Source of the DNA: Octopus vulgaris
Lineage: Eukaryota
Reading direction: 5' to 3'
DNA: 64,000 nt
Assembly: GCA_951406725.2 (NCBI GenBank)
Contig: OX597820.1
Span: 37,200,001-37,264,000 of the forward strand
Shown here: one piece after another, positions 36,621-49,233 of the stretch
Layout: each line of letters begins with the position of its first letter
Numbering within the stretch: position 1 is the first letter of the stretch
The notes under the pieces: generated by a model
Seen by the model: the letters and a program-made list of their open reading frames with translations, nothing else
The model's database searches: none
Told to the model about the DNA's origin: nothing
Made by a program: the position numbers and the translations under genes

Positions 36621-37778
36621 ATGGAAAAGAATGTAGAGCCTGAAAGTATTGATTCTTCTACTGATGCAGAGGGAAATACAGAAGAGAAATCACATTTATG
36701 TGAGGAATTATTCACAAGAAAGAAATTAATTCAACATCAACTAATTCACTCAGTCTCAAAGCTGTATAACTGTGAAGTTTGTGGAAAGACATTCAATAAT
36801 AGCAGCTTGTTAACTAGCCACAAAGATATCCACAATGGAGAAAAATTATACCAATGTTATATCTGTGATGAAATGTTTTCAACAAAGGACAATTTGTCAT
36901 CTCACACATGTATTCAAACAACAGAAAGACCATACCGCTGTGATATCTGTGGTAAAACATTTTGTAGAAGTGGTCAGTTATCTTCCCATAAATTTATTCA
37001 TTCTGGAGAGAGACCATACCATTGTGATATCTGTGGTCAAACATTTTCTAGAAGTGGTCATTTAGTTAACCACAAACGCATTCACACAGGTGAAAGGCCA
37101 TACAACTGTGATATTTGTGGTAAAAAATTTTCTAGAATTAGTGAATTATCTTCCCACAAACTTATTCACTCAGGGGAAAAACCCTATAACTGTGATATGT
37201 GTGGTAAAAAATTTTCTAGAATTAGTGATTTGTCTTCCCACAAACGTATTCACTTGGGTGAAAGACAATATCGCTGTCATATCTGTGATAAAATATTTTC
37301 TAAAAGTACTGATTTGTCTTCTCATAAACATATTCATTCAGGAGGACGAACATACCACTGTGATATTTGTGATACAACATTCTCTCAAAGTGGTAGTTTA
37401 TCTCAACATAAGCGCATTCATACAGGAGAGAAGCCATACCAGTGTGATATTTGCAAGAAAAATTTTTCTACTAGCAGTTATTTGTCCACCCACAAACGTA
37501 CACACACAGGAGAAAAACCTTACCACTGTGATATCTGTGGTAAAACGTTCACTCGAAGTAGTACTTTATACCAACATAAACCTATACATACAGGAGAAAA
37601 ACCATACCATTGTGATATTTGTGGTAAAAAATTTTCTACAAATCGTAATGTAACTCGACATAAACGTATCCATATTGGGAAAAGACCATACCACTGTGAT
37701 GTCTGTGATGAAACATTTTCTACAAGAAGTCGCTTGTCTTCCCACATACGTACTCACACTGGAGAAAGATCATTGTAA
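36621..37778 (+). CDS. C2H2 zinc-finger protein, paralog 4 (ZNF4; 12 fingers, finger 5 duplicated)
   Basis: 385-aa ORF with adjacent RISELSS and RISDLSS fingers. Confidence 0.95.
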   Translation: MEKNVEPESIDSSTDAEGNTEEKSHLCEELFTRKKLIQHQLIHSVSKLYNCEVCGKTFNNSSLLTSHKDIHNGEKLYQCYICDEMFSTKDNLSSHTCIQTTERPYRCDICGKTFCRSGQLSSHKFIHSGERPYHCDICGQTFSRSGHLVNHKRIHTGERPYNCDICGKKFSRISELSSHKLIHSGEKPYNCDMCGKKFSRISDLSSHKRIHLGERQYRCHICDKIFSKSTDLSSHKHIHSGGRTYHCDICDTTFSQSGSLSQHKRIHTGEKPYQCDICKKNFSTSSYLSTHKRTHTGEKPYHCDICGKTFTRSSTLYQHKPIHTGEKPYHCDICGKKFSTNRNVTRHKRIHIGKRPYHCDVCDETFSTRSRLSSHIRTHTGERSL

Positions 37779-38019
37779 CTCTGTGATAAAACATTTGCTA
37801 AAATTGGGGGTTTTTTTTCTTTGCTCATATGTGTTCAGTCAAAAGAAAAACCATCATAGCACTGTGATATCGTAGTAAAATATTCTTACAAAATGGTACT
37901 TTATCTTTTTTTGTGCTGGTGAAAGACCAAATCACTGGGATATCTATAGTGAACAGGTAATAGAAGTGGTGATTTAACTTATTATCAGTGTAATCACACA
38001 AGAGGTAAATCATGGCTAT

Positions 38020-38880
38020 GTGAGATCTCATCTTTGCCCACTTAATCCTTGGATTGTCATGAAGGCAGAATCCTCAAGCACACCCTCCATTGGATTCTGT
38101 CAGAAGCAGCTGTCTCCAATTGATCCAGTTGTGTCTCCTGCTAGTTGGGTTTGCTCACAAGACCTATCCAACAATTCTTTCCCAAGACATTCTTACCACA
38201 TGTCTGTAGTATCAGAGAAGAAGTGGCTCTACAAGAAGCACCACTCTAATCTCTGAGCTATGCACTCTATTGAGTAATGTTACTCCAAAGACCCTTTGGA
38301 GGAACCCCAGTTCAGCTGCTTGTATTTGCAATCATATTCTTTTGGTCTTTACCCAAGATTTATGATCATAGGTAAGAGTTGGCACAAACACAAAATTGAA
38401 GATAGCGAGTTTGGCTTTTACACCTACCTCTTTACATCTGATGACTGAATGCTGAAGCTAGTGCATTACTGCATCAGCTCCTGCAATTCTTGCATTTAAT
38501 TCAGCCTCATGGCCTCAAGATTCTTAAATTTCTCCTACTTCAGTGGAACCCTACTCATATGTAGAGTGCATTGCACAGGCTTCCTTTAGGAGATAAGTGT
38601 ATCAATCTTTGCAGTACTGATTTTCATTCCTGCTGAGCAGCACTCGGCAGCAAACATCAAATGCATGTTGGAGACCACCTTCTAATGAGTTGAGTAGTAC
38701 CATGTTGTCTGCAAGTTCCAGCCAACTGATCCTACACATTCCCAGTCTGAATGTTACTTCCAACCTCTCTGTAAAGATTATGAACAGGAAAGATGACAGT
38801 AAGCACTTTGGTGAAGTTCAATACCTATATGGAATGGTTTCAACTTATCACCATTTATCCAAACAAAAATACTAGGATAT
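38020..38880 (-). mobile_element. Old RTE-like LINE relic (different family)
   Basis: Minus translation fragment QIQAAELGFLQRVFGVTLLNRVHSSEIR. Confidence 0.6.
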
Positions 38881-38946
38881 TCATATAGGCTCTATGTGAG
38901 ATCTATGGTAAAATATTTTCTACAGATAACAACATATTTTGTAATA

Positions 38947-39116
38947 CAGTTCTATATTTAAGAGATGAGGAATTATGTACATTATTTACATTTGACGGAT
39001 ATTTGTCCTTGTCTTGTTTGTTGTTAACACATTTTGGCTGATATACCCTCCAGCCGAAATGTGTTAACAACAAACAAGATGAGGACAAATATCCATCGAA
39101 TGTAAATAATGAACAT
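38947..39116. repeat. Hairpin insertion with 16-bp TSD, Penelope pLTR-like
   Basis: Inverted repeat 38975-39116; duplicated AACATATTTTGTAATA at 38931-38946 and 39112-39127. Confidence 0.8.
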
Positions 39117-42100
39117 ATTTTGTAATAGATAATTTTTTTTTTTAATCAATGGTATGGCTTTTACTACATTTTTGTTATCATTAAAAATTGTTGTAATATC
39201 CATTATTACAACACGATGGTAAACTATCTGGAGTATCTTCTTTTATATACACTAAATACTTGGTCACTTGAACATTTTACAGTTACTGCTAAAACATCTG
39301 ATGACCCTGTCCTCAGTCACCATGGCAGTATACATATACTGCCTTTGTCCAGCTTTGTACACAGTATCAAATTCCTTCTTATATAGTACAGTGTTATCTT
39401 TGTTTCTGCTATTTATTGACACTTTGCATTTTATCATGTTGACTGTTTCAATTTTAGAATCTGAACCCTAATTTTACAAGCATAGGGTTATTTCTATGTC
39501 ATAGATAGAACCCGAAATATATCTTTAATATTAACCATTAAAACAAGTTAATGTGAATAGTTTGAGATATGGGTCATAGTGTTATTTGAAAGAAAGGTAA
39601 ATAGAAAAAGGTGTAACAGACCAAGAAACATGTAGATAACAGATAGATATCAAGGAGTGGATAGTTAACCTAATATCAATGTAAAAATAGACAACCATCT
39701 GTCCCGTCTCATACCTTGAGATGGGACTGATCTATATGACTACATGACACCCACTGAACAAAGGAAATATAGTAGTAGTTAATGAAATTATAGGATGACC
39801 ACATCTCATGGTATATAGAGTACACTATGGCACATACTTGTCCAGTTTATTTGCATTATTAGTTTATTAAAGAGTTGGTACATGGCAACATGTGAGATGC
39901 ATTTTCAGAGCATTTCTCACATAATCATGGGTGAAGCCAATAATATATTTCAACTTCAGAAAAACCTGATAACAATGAAGATTTCTGTTTGTGATCAGAA
40001 ACAATCCATCAGGATTATGATGTTATATTGGAGTAAAATGTCAGCAGTGAGGACTGAACAGCTACAACAAAACATGGGGACTGATGGATAGGATGAGGTG
40101 ATGGCTGGGTATTAAAAGTAGGCGTAATGTTCCACCACCATGTTGCATTTCTTTTGGCTGTGAATTTGGTTCTTAGCAGTTTATTTTGTATAAACTGCCA
40201 GTTGTTTGCTATATTAGTGATGGTTCTCTGACAAACTTGGTATTACTCTCCTTCAATAGTAAGATGACAAACAGACTTCTTTCTTCACCATGTTTGACTA
40301 GTTGAGAAAACTGAAAACTATCTTTTATTAAACATTGACTGTGTGGTTATGAAATTTGCTTCTCAACAGCATGGTCTCAGGTTCAGTCCTATTGTGTGGT
40401 TCCTTGGACAAGTGTGTTTTCTAGCCATCTACAACATTGTGGGTGCATTTGGTACACAGAAACTGAAAGCAGCCTGTCGTGTGTGTGTTTGTGTCTCCTT
40501 GTCTTGACAGAATGATAGTTGTAAATTAGTGTCACTGTCATACAAATTGTATCATTCACTTCCTCTACTTTGTGAAAAGGTGTCTGGCTATGAAGTAATC
40601 TTACCTTCCTTAGAAACAGGTGAGGATTGCTGACAAGAGCATTCAGTTGTAGAAAATCTGCATCGATAAACATCATCTGATCCATGCAAGTATAGAGAAG
40701 TCGATGCTAAAATGACCATGACAACAACAGCTTGCTCCTTTTCAATACTAACAGTCCTACTTGTGAGATAACCTGTTCTATGTCATACTTCAGTATTTCT
40801 CCCTGATTATTGACATTACTCGTTGAACTTATGTGTAATGTCTTAAAGAAGTATTTTAGCTACCATGTCTATCTTCTTGAGTTTGTCTCTGTGTCCATGT
40901 AACATTTAAGATGAGATTACTAATATATTTTGTTTTAGAAATCAAAAAATAATGATTTGATCATCAAGCACAGAGTCATATTAAGAAGAAATCCCAGAGC
41001 TGTGGCATGAAGTCTAATCACCACACTGAACACAATCTTAGATTGTATGTGGCTTGTGAGGTTGCATCATAGAGAAATATGGCCATTGTATGTAAAGAAT
41101 GTGCAAAAATTGGAGAGAAATGATGTAAGTATGCCCCACTGGGTGTGTAATGTGTAGATGAGCTGAGAAAAAAAAGAGTATAAAGGGAATCATGCAAGAG
41201 AGAAACTGCATTGGTATGGACATTTAAACATATTACCATTTAGCATCCATCTTCATGCAGGCATGGGCCATAAAGTTCAACAGGATTCAATAACCTGGAG
41301 GGCTGCAGCAAGCTCCAATGTCGTGTTTTGGTATGGTTTCCATGGCTGGATGCCCTTCCTCATGTTGATAACTTCATAGAGTGCACCTGTTGCTTTTTCT
41401 GTGACACTTACAGTTCTGAGGTTGCCAAATAACTTGCAAGGCAGAAAAAGCCTCCCTCATCTAAGCGGGTTTGTAGTAGATAGAGGGTGAGGCACAGGTG
41501 TCTTACTATAGAGGATTAAGAGTGGGTTGGATTAGTTTGCAAGAAAATAAAGATTGTAATGATAAGGTGTCAGTGTATACTCTCAAGGCACAAGAAGGTG
41601 ATTATAAGAATAGAGACAGGATGGGATAGGGTAAGAATATGAGTGAATGATGAGCAAGGGTGGAAATGTGATTATGACAAATAGTAATGGGGATGGAGAA
41701 AATGAAAAGAATAGTGGTTTGGGAAGAAGGTGGTGATAAATGGTAGTACAGGAAGGGTGGAGAGCAACAATATGATAAATTTGTAGAGAGATCAGAAATA
41801 TGGATAATGACATGAATGGAAACTGAAAGAAGATGGACAGATATAATATAGGCTGATCTCAAGATGTTGAACTTCACAAAGGAAAACTACAAATAACAGT
41901 ATGCTATGTTGGAGAGGACTCCTTGAACCCATGCAAGCATGGGAAAGTGGAGATGAAAATGATAGAAAACAGAACATTATTTCCATCAGGGAAATGAATT
42001 TGCTTGATACATAGAAAAGATACAGGCAGGAATTCAACATGCTGTACCAGTATAAACTAAGAATGCATAAGAAACCTAATAATTGCTGCCCATAATTTAT

Positions 42101-42829
42101 ATATGGTAGATGCACAGGGGCAATAAGCACTAAAAGAACATGGAAAATAAAATGCACTGAAGGTTCCTTAGAAGTTGATAGCTTCTGTTATTTAAAAGGC
42201 ATAATTATCAAAGGCTGGTTGTTTGAAAGTAAAGAAGGGGTTAGAAAAAGATTAGGGTGCTATTATCTTTGTTGCTAACAAAGGTCTTTTCCTTCAGAGT
42301 GAAAGGTTGGGTGTATGAAGTGTGATGGTGTATGGGAGAAATTAAATCCTTGTTAATTATAAAATAATTTTACTAAAAGGTTAGATAATTTAACAATGTA
42401 CACAAGGTGCAAATGTAGCTGTATGGTTGAAAAGCTTCCTTCCCAACCATATAGTTTTTAGTTCAGTGTCACTATCGAGCACTTTGGGCAAAGATCTTCT
42501 GTTATAACCCCAGACCAACCAAAACCTTGAGTGAATTTGGTAGATAAAACTGAAAGAAGCTTGTCATGAATATATACGCATGTGTGTACTCTTGTCTTGA
42601 CATCATGTATTGGTTGTAAATGAGCATCAACATCATACAAGTGATGTTAATTTTTTCTAGTCTTTCATGAATAAACATACCTGGGTATAAAATAGGTGAG
42701 TGTAGGCAACAGGAAGGATATCTAACTGTAGAAAATCTATCAATAAATTCTGTCCAACTCATGCAAGTATGGAAAAGTAGACATTAAAATAGTCATGATG
42801 TAAATACGACTATAGTTACTTATCCTCTT

Positions 42830-44740
42830 ATCCAGAAATATGCTGCAGAGAGGTATCAAATTGTTGGATCAGGTAATGAAAGTTTTGGAGTGTCATAGTG
42901 CAACTAATTAGTGAGAGAGTTAGTCTAGATGAGATGTAGTTTGGTTTTGTGCCAGGTAGAAGCACCACTTATGCTATATTTCTGGTAAGGCAACTGCAGG
43001 AGAAATACCTAGCCAAAGATAAACCTCTGTACTTGGGTTTTGTTGACTTGGAGAAAGCTTTTGACAGTACCCTGATCCTTATCTGGTGGTCAGTGTGGAA
43101 ACTAGGGATAGAGAAGTGGTTGATGAGAGCTGTACAAGCCTTGTACAGGGACGCTACCAGTAAGGTGAGGGCAGGCAACGAGTACAGGGAACAATTCTGG
43201 GTACAAGTTAGAGTTCACCAAGAATCGGTGTTCGGCCCCCTCTTGTTCATCATAGTCCTCCAGGCAATAACAGGAATTCAAGAGAGGCTGCCCCTGAAAG
43301 CTCCTCTATGCTGATGATGTTGCTCTTATAACTGAATCACTACCTCAACTAGAGAAGTTTCAGGTATGGAAGCAAGATCTTGAATCAAAGGGCCTTAGAG
43401 TTAACCTAGCAAAAGCCAAAGTCATTAGTAAGTAGGAAGGCAGACAAATCACAAATCCCTTCAAGTAGATGGCCCTGCTTGATCTGTAGAAAAGGTGTTG
43501 GTAGAAACTCCATAAGATGCATCCAGTGTAAGTTTTGGACTCAAAAGGTGCAATAATATTAGGGTAAGGTTAACAGGGAGACTAACTTTTGTATGTGGAA
43601 TGTGCACAGCTACAATAAATACTGAAAATGCACAGAAAATAGACTCCATTAACTGCCGGGGGGGGGGGGGGTAAGCTAGAGGTGGTAGATAGCTTCCGTT
43701 ATCGAGGTGACCAAGTTAGTAGTGGAGGTGGATGCTCTGAGAGAATAAGGTTAGGCTGGGCAAAGTTGAAAGAGCTCCTCCTCCTGCCGGTGACAAAGGA
43801 CCTCTCAAAGTGAAAGGCAGATTGTATGATGTCTGTGTGCGATCAGCTATGCTGCATGACAGTGAAACATGGGTTATAACAGCTGAGGACATGCATCAGC
43901 TTGAGAGAAATGAAGCCAGTATGCTTTGCTGGACGTGCAATGTCAGTGTGCATGTTCAACAGAGTGTAACCATCTTGAGAGAAAAGTTAGGTATAAGAGG
44001 AATCAGATGTGGTGTGCAAGAAAGACAACTCTGCTGGTATGGTCATGTGATCCGTGTAGATGAGGACAGCTGTGTGAACAAGTGCTAATCTCTAACTGTG
44101 GAGGGAACCTGTGGTAGAGGTAGACCAAGGAAAACATGGGATGAGGTGGTGAAGCATGGCATGATCTTTGAACTTTGAGCCTCAGAGAGGCAGTGACTGG
44201 TAAACAAGACCTTTGGTGATGTGCTGTGCTTGAGAGGACATGTCAAAACAAGTGCACCCATGCTGGTGGCATGTAAAGAAGATCTTTTGAATGTTGAGCA
44301 AAGTGACTGAGTCCCTTTCAATCATTGGGTCTGACAGAGGCAAAGTGGCTGAGTTCCTTTCCAGGTTGAGCCTCGTGGAGGAAAAGTGGCTGAGTTTCTT
44401 TCAAGTGTTGGGCCGCACAGAGGCAAAGTAGTTGAGTTCCTTTCAAGTGTTGGGCCTCACGGAGGCAATGACCAAGTCCATTGGCATTATGTCATTGCTT
44501 GAGAAGAAGACCCATCAAGCTGAGCAAAATTGTAGTCATGGCAGATACCAGTGTTGTGCAAACTGGCACATAAGTGCACCCCAGTGTCACGCAAATGGCA
44601 TGTAAAAGCACCCTTTACACTCTCAGGGTGACTGGCGTTAGGAAGGGCATCTAGCTGTAGAAAACCATGCCAAATCAGACTGGAGTCTGGTACAGCCTTC
44701 CAGTGTGCCAGCATGGCCAACGGATGTTAAATGATGATGT
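42830..44740 (+). mobile_element. RTE LINE, frameshifted
   Basis: GRSTTYAIFLVRQLQEKYLAKDKPLYLGFVDLEKAFD, LLYADD, C-terminal fragments and 3' tail. Confidence 0.9.
44298..44467 (+). repeat. About 42-bp tandem repeat x4 inside the RTE 3' UTR
   Basis: Units approximately GCAAAGTGGCTGAGTTCCTTTCAAGTGTTGGGCCTCACRGAG. Confidence 0.8.
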
Positions 44741-44759
44741 ATTCCTGGGCATATCTATA

Positions 44760-46260
44760 GACCAAAGAAAGCACACTAGTATATGAGATGGTATCAGCAT
44801 ACATGTGATCACAAAAACACAAATTTCACAACTTACAGTCAACACAGCATCTGTTGCCACACTGCAAGATTCGTTGGAAAAAAATCGAGATGAGAATGCA
44901 AGAAATTCAGCATCCCATTCTTTCAAACTCTGTTAGCATAGTTTTCAACTCTCTGATTTCCAAGTAAGTTCTGTACAACCAACACTAATGAATCCCATGC
45001 TGTCAGCTCAATGGGATTCAGTTTACCTCTGAATTTGCTATCAGATATCAATTCTCTGATCTCAGGTCCAATGAAAATGCCTACTTTCAGTTTTGCATCA
45101 TTTTTCTCTGCACCATAAAAGCAATGATACATGATGGTAGTGGCTTGCAGTACCTAAAAGTAAAATTTGAAGTTTTTCATGAGGCCGAGTTTGACGTGAA
45201 GTGGGTGGAAGGAAGATGTTTTATGGGTCTACCAGTGGCATATACTGCACATTGTACCGACCAACTATGCGCTCATCTCTTTTAGGCCAGTCTTTTACAG
45301 TGTAATGATTACTGTTGTTGCGGCTGTTCCAAACACAAGAAGCACATATTTTTGGTATATCAAAGCTGCAGTCATAGGAAGAGAGAAACCTTTAAATCAC
45401 CACAAATATTCCACTTGTGAACGGAGTAATAAACTCCTTTCAGAAAGAGTTCCATCAATTCATAAGTTTCTTCCATACCAACAACATGACCCACAGGAAT
45501 GGAAGGTTTTTCAATACCGTTATGTGACAAAACAGCTTTGAGGCTACCCTTACTGGAGACTATAAACAATTTCCATTCTTTAACCACATGCACGTGTCCT
45601 AGGTTTTGCATGAGTGCATTAACATCAGTACAGAAACAAGCATTACTTTCTTGCTTGTAAAAGACAGAGAAGCCTTTATGGTGAGAATGGAAAATGGAAA
45701 TTTTTGTACCTTGCTGTAGGAGATTCCGTTGTAGTTTGGATCCCAAAACTTCTGCCTTTTCCTTTGACAATGCTATGTCTCTTATTAAATTGTTCAAATC
45801 TTCTTCATTAAACTAGCCTGGTTCATTTTTCTTAGAATCGCCTGTGTAGTCTTCACCAATAGGAGAATCAAGAGGTTCATTGTGCAACGTGTCAAGTAAA
45901 GCATGTGAGAGGGGACCAGTTTTAGAGCCAACTTACAATCTGTATACACAACTTTTGCTTTGGTCTTTGAGAAACCACTAATATTAGTCATGCAAAAGTA
46001 AGTTAGAGACATGATTGGTTGGCTCACACCATACCATTGATACAGCAAAAGGCATTCCCTTGTTTTCCATTCAGCTACAGTGTAAGCCCTCAGTAACACA
46101 CAGTGCAGCATACATGAGGAGCCCACTTGTCTTAATCCCCAACTTTACACCTGAAATAATATTTATAGGCAATGTTCCTCTGCTGGTCACGCAGAGCAAA
46201 TTTTCCACAGACACAACAAAAGTTGCCTGGGTGATTCACACAGCCTCTCCCATTCATGAT
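44760..46260 (-). mobile_element. DNA transposon relic, probably Chapaev3-like (CMC)
   Basis: Fragments NFCCVCGKF, WAPHVCC..C, NNLIRDIALSKEKAEVLGSKL, SLKAVL.HNG, WNICGDLKV and AKLKVGIFIGPEIREL. The family assignment is from recall, not a search. Confidence 0.65.
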
Positions 46261-46639
46261 CTAACACAAGGAACACAGTTAAAACAGTAATCTTGTAGAG
46301 CAAGAGATATACATACCACAGGCGATGGCAGTGCAAACAACACAGAGTTACCAAGAACAAACTGACATATTTGGCATTGGACATAATACATCGGCACCAT
46401 CTATTGCTAAACTAAATAATGAACTTTCTCATCATTTGAACCACTAGGTGTAAACTATGTCTCAGTCATATGGAAGCTGAACCTGAACATAATTTGTTAG
46501 AAGAAATATGCTTACATGCACTTCTCTTAGGTCTTGCATGAATGGTGGGAAGGATGTTCCCTAAAAAGCCAGATGATTAAAAGTGTAACTGAATGTATAA
46601 AGAAAAAAAAGATTTATTGCCATAATAGCTAAATTGGCA

Positions 46640-47290
46640 CTCATATGTACTTTGTCATACAACTATACAGATACTGAATATCTAGCAGAGCATGCAAGCT
46701 TCATTTCTTTCTAGTTTCACAACCACATTGCATTGCTGTTCATACACAAATGTCATACAATCTACCTTTCACTCTAAGAAGTATTCTGTTACCAACAAAG
46801 GTAATAGTTCTCTAAATTTTCTTTAATCAATTCTATTCTAACAACTATACTTTCAGTATACCACCCATCCAACTAATAATTATGTCTCCTATGTAACAGA
46901 AACTATTCATAGCCCCTAAAGACCTTCTTGGACATTTCAGAAAATCTATTTCCTAAGTGCTCTTAACATTTATTGAACCTAAGTATCTGTCACAAAATCA
47001 ACATTCCTGTGATTCCACTCCACCTCTTATGTATTCAGTTTGCACTGAAAATACTTGGGAATTTCTACCAACACCTCTTTTACATTAAGCACAGCCATTT
47101 ATCTGAAGGTATTAGTGTCCTGTCTTTTCTTTCTTACTAGAGCTTTGGTCTTTGCTAAGTTAACTTTAAGGTCCTAAGGTTCCAGGCTTTGCTTCCAAAC
47201 TTGGAATTTGCTTTCTGATTCTACTACAGTTTTAGCTATAAGAACAAGATCATCAACATGGACAGCTATTCTTAAATTCCTGTTATGACC
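46640..47290 (-). mobile_element. Highly degenerate RTE LINE relic
   Basis: VDDLVLIAKTVVESESKFQVWKQSLE fragment. Confidence 0.7.
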
Positions 47291-48059
47291 TGGAGGGCTA
47301 TGATAAATAAGCTCAGGAAAGAAAAGGTGAGAAGTGGTAACATAGGCAGGGAGAACAGCAGTATAATAAACCAGTAGGTAGATCAGAAAATGTGTAGATG
47401 ATGAGCAGGGTGGGAAAGAAGGGGACAAGAGAGAGAAGGCAAAAAAAGATGTCAAAGGTACTTAAAAGTAGCTATAGTGAATGTGAGACAATGGTGAGTG
47501 AGGATGTCAATGACAGATATGCCAGGGTAAAGAAAATGAGAGCAGATAAAAGAGATTGTTAAAGATAAGATAATGGCACTCCTAAAATATATCTTAAGCA
47601 GGGACAAAAGAGGATGGGAAGAGATAGTGCTGGGACAAGAGATGGATTTTAAAAGGAAGTGGTTTCCGGGATTTAACTGGTAGTATTGAGGGAATGAGAT
47701 AAGTGCATATTCTGCTGTCATGATTATAGCAACTGAAGAGTGGAGAGGTGGATGTTAGAAAAATGAAGAGTGGAAATAGGCTTGAAAGGGACAGATTAGA
47801 TGTAGGACCCATTGATATACACACACACACACATATATAAATGGTTTGGTTTTGGGTTCAGTCCCACTGCGTGGCACTTTGAGCAGGTGTCTTCCACTAT
47901 AGCCCCGAGTTGACCGAAGCTTTGTGATTGAATTCGGTAGGTGGAAGTTACTGCCGTGTGTGTATAGCTGCTCAGTGCCTCTCTGAAAGAGAGAGAGGGA
48001 TGTATGTATGTATATATATATATATATACATACACACACACACACACAAGTGAGCAGAC

Positions 48060-48501
48060 TGGTACTTCAAGTTTCAAGCATGATGCTATGGAATTAGAAA
48101 AAAGATGTTGATGGAGGAGAGTGAGTGTTCACTGGTGGGCGTTAGCCTGCAATTGGTCAAGAAAGGTCACATAGTATCACAGTTTGATGTTGGTATTTCT
48201 GCAACATTTGAAAACCCCACATGGTGAACAGGAAATCAGCTACAAAGTTGGTGAGGAAGGAAAGTAAGGAGTGGCAGATATGCAAGTATAAAAGTATGTG
48301 TGTGTATTTTGCTATATATCTGTGTGTGTGGCTGCATTCATGTGAGTGTGCATGGGTGTATATTCATGTGCTTAGACATCTTTGCATGTGATGTGAGTGC
48401 ATGTGCACACACAAACAGCAACTCTCCTCCATCAATATCTTATTCTAATTCCAATGAGTGAAGACTAGCATCAAGCTTGAAACTTGAAGTACCAAGGAAT
48501 T
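48060..48501. repeat. Inverted repeat (48060-48123 / 48421-48493) around a TG-rich spacer, with a degenerate hammerhead motif
   Basis: + arm reads AATTCC..GTGAAGA-C-TAGC-ATCAA-GCTT-GAAACTTGAAGTA-CCAAGGAATT; the other arm has the core deleted. Confidence 0.65.
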
Positions 48502-49233
48502 TGAATCAAACAGTTTGATCCATACATATGTGTTTGTATACATATATATACACACACACACACACTGTAGATCCCGCTTTATAAATCCACCTGCTTAATG
48601 CATCCAAAATGGGTTGGGACAGAATTTTTACACATAAAAATCTCTTGTTTAATAAACCCAGTTGTTGCTTCTTCCTAAAGTGTCAACATGTGACAGCAAA
48701 TGAATGAAGTGTTTTTTCTCACTCTTAAATACTGACAGTAGGCTCCAACTGTACATGCCATCATCCAAAAATAGATCAATAAATATGTAGTGTCTGTTGT
48801 GGCATGGTTTCTATGGTTAGACGCCCTTCCTAATGCCAACCACTACACAGAGGGTGCTTCTTACATACCACCAGCATGACTGTGCTTACACAGCACTGGC
48901 ATCTGTAAAGGACAAGTCCGTATATATGGAAGACTGATTTTACTTAACAAATATTTCTATATAACTATGAATCATGTAACTTAATTTCTAATAGTTGTGT
49001 AGTTAAAAATTTCATCTGGCAACCTTCTGGTTTTGATCCCATTGTGCACCACTCTTATAATGTACTACCTTCTTTTGTAGTCACAGGTTGACTAGACACT
49101 TCTGACTGGAAGTTTGATGATTGAAACTGTGTAGAAACTCATCATACCAGCGTGTGTGTATGTGTAAATTTGTGAGGTATTTAAGTACTCAAGAGGATGT
49201 AACTCATAAGTGAACAGAGAATGATGACATTAA

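Noticed and set aside
44298-44467. Regularly spaced repeats resembling a CRISPR array
   Set aside because: The units are similar along their whole length with no unique spacers, lie in a LINE 3' UTR, and the context is eukaryotic with no cas genes.
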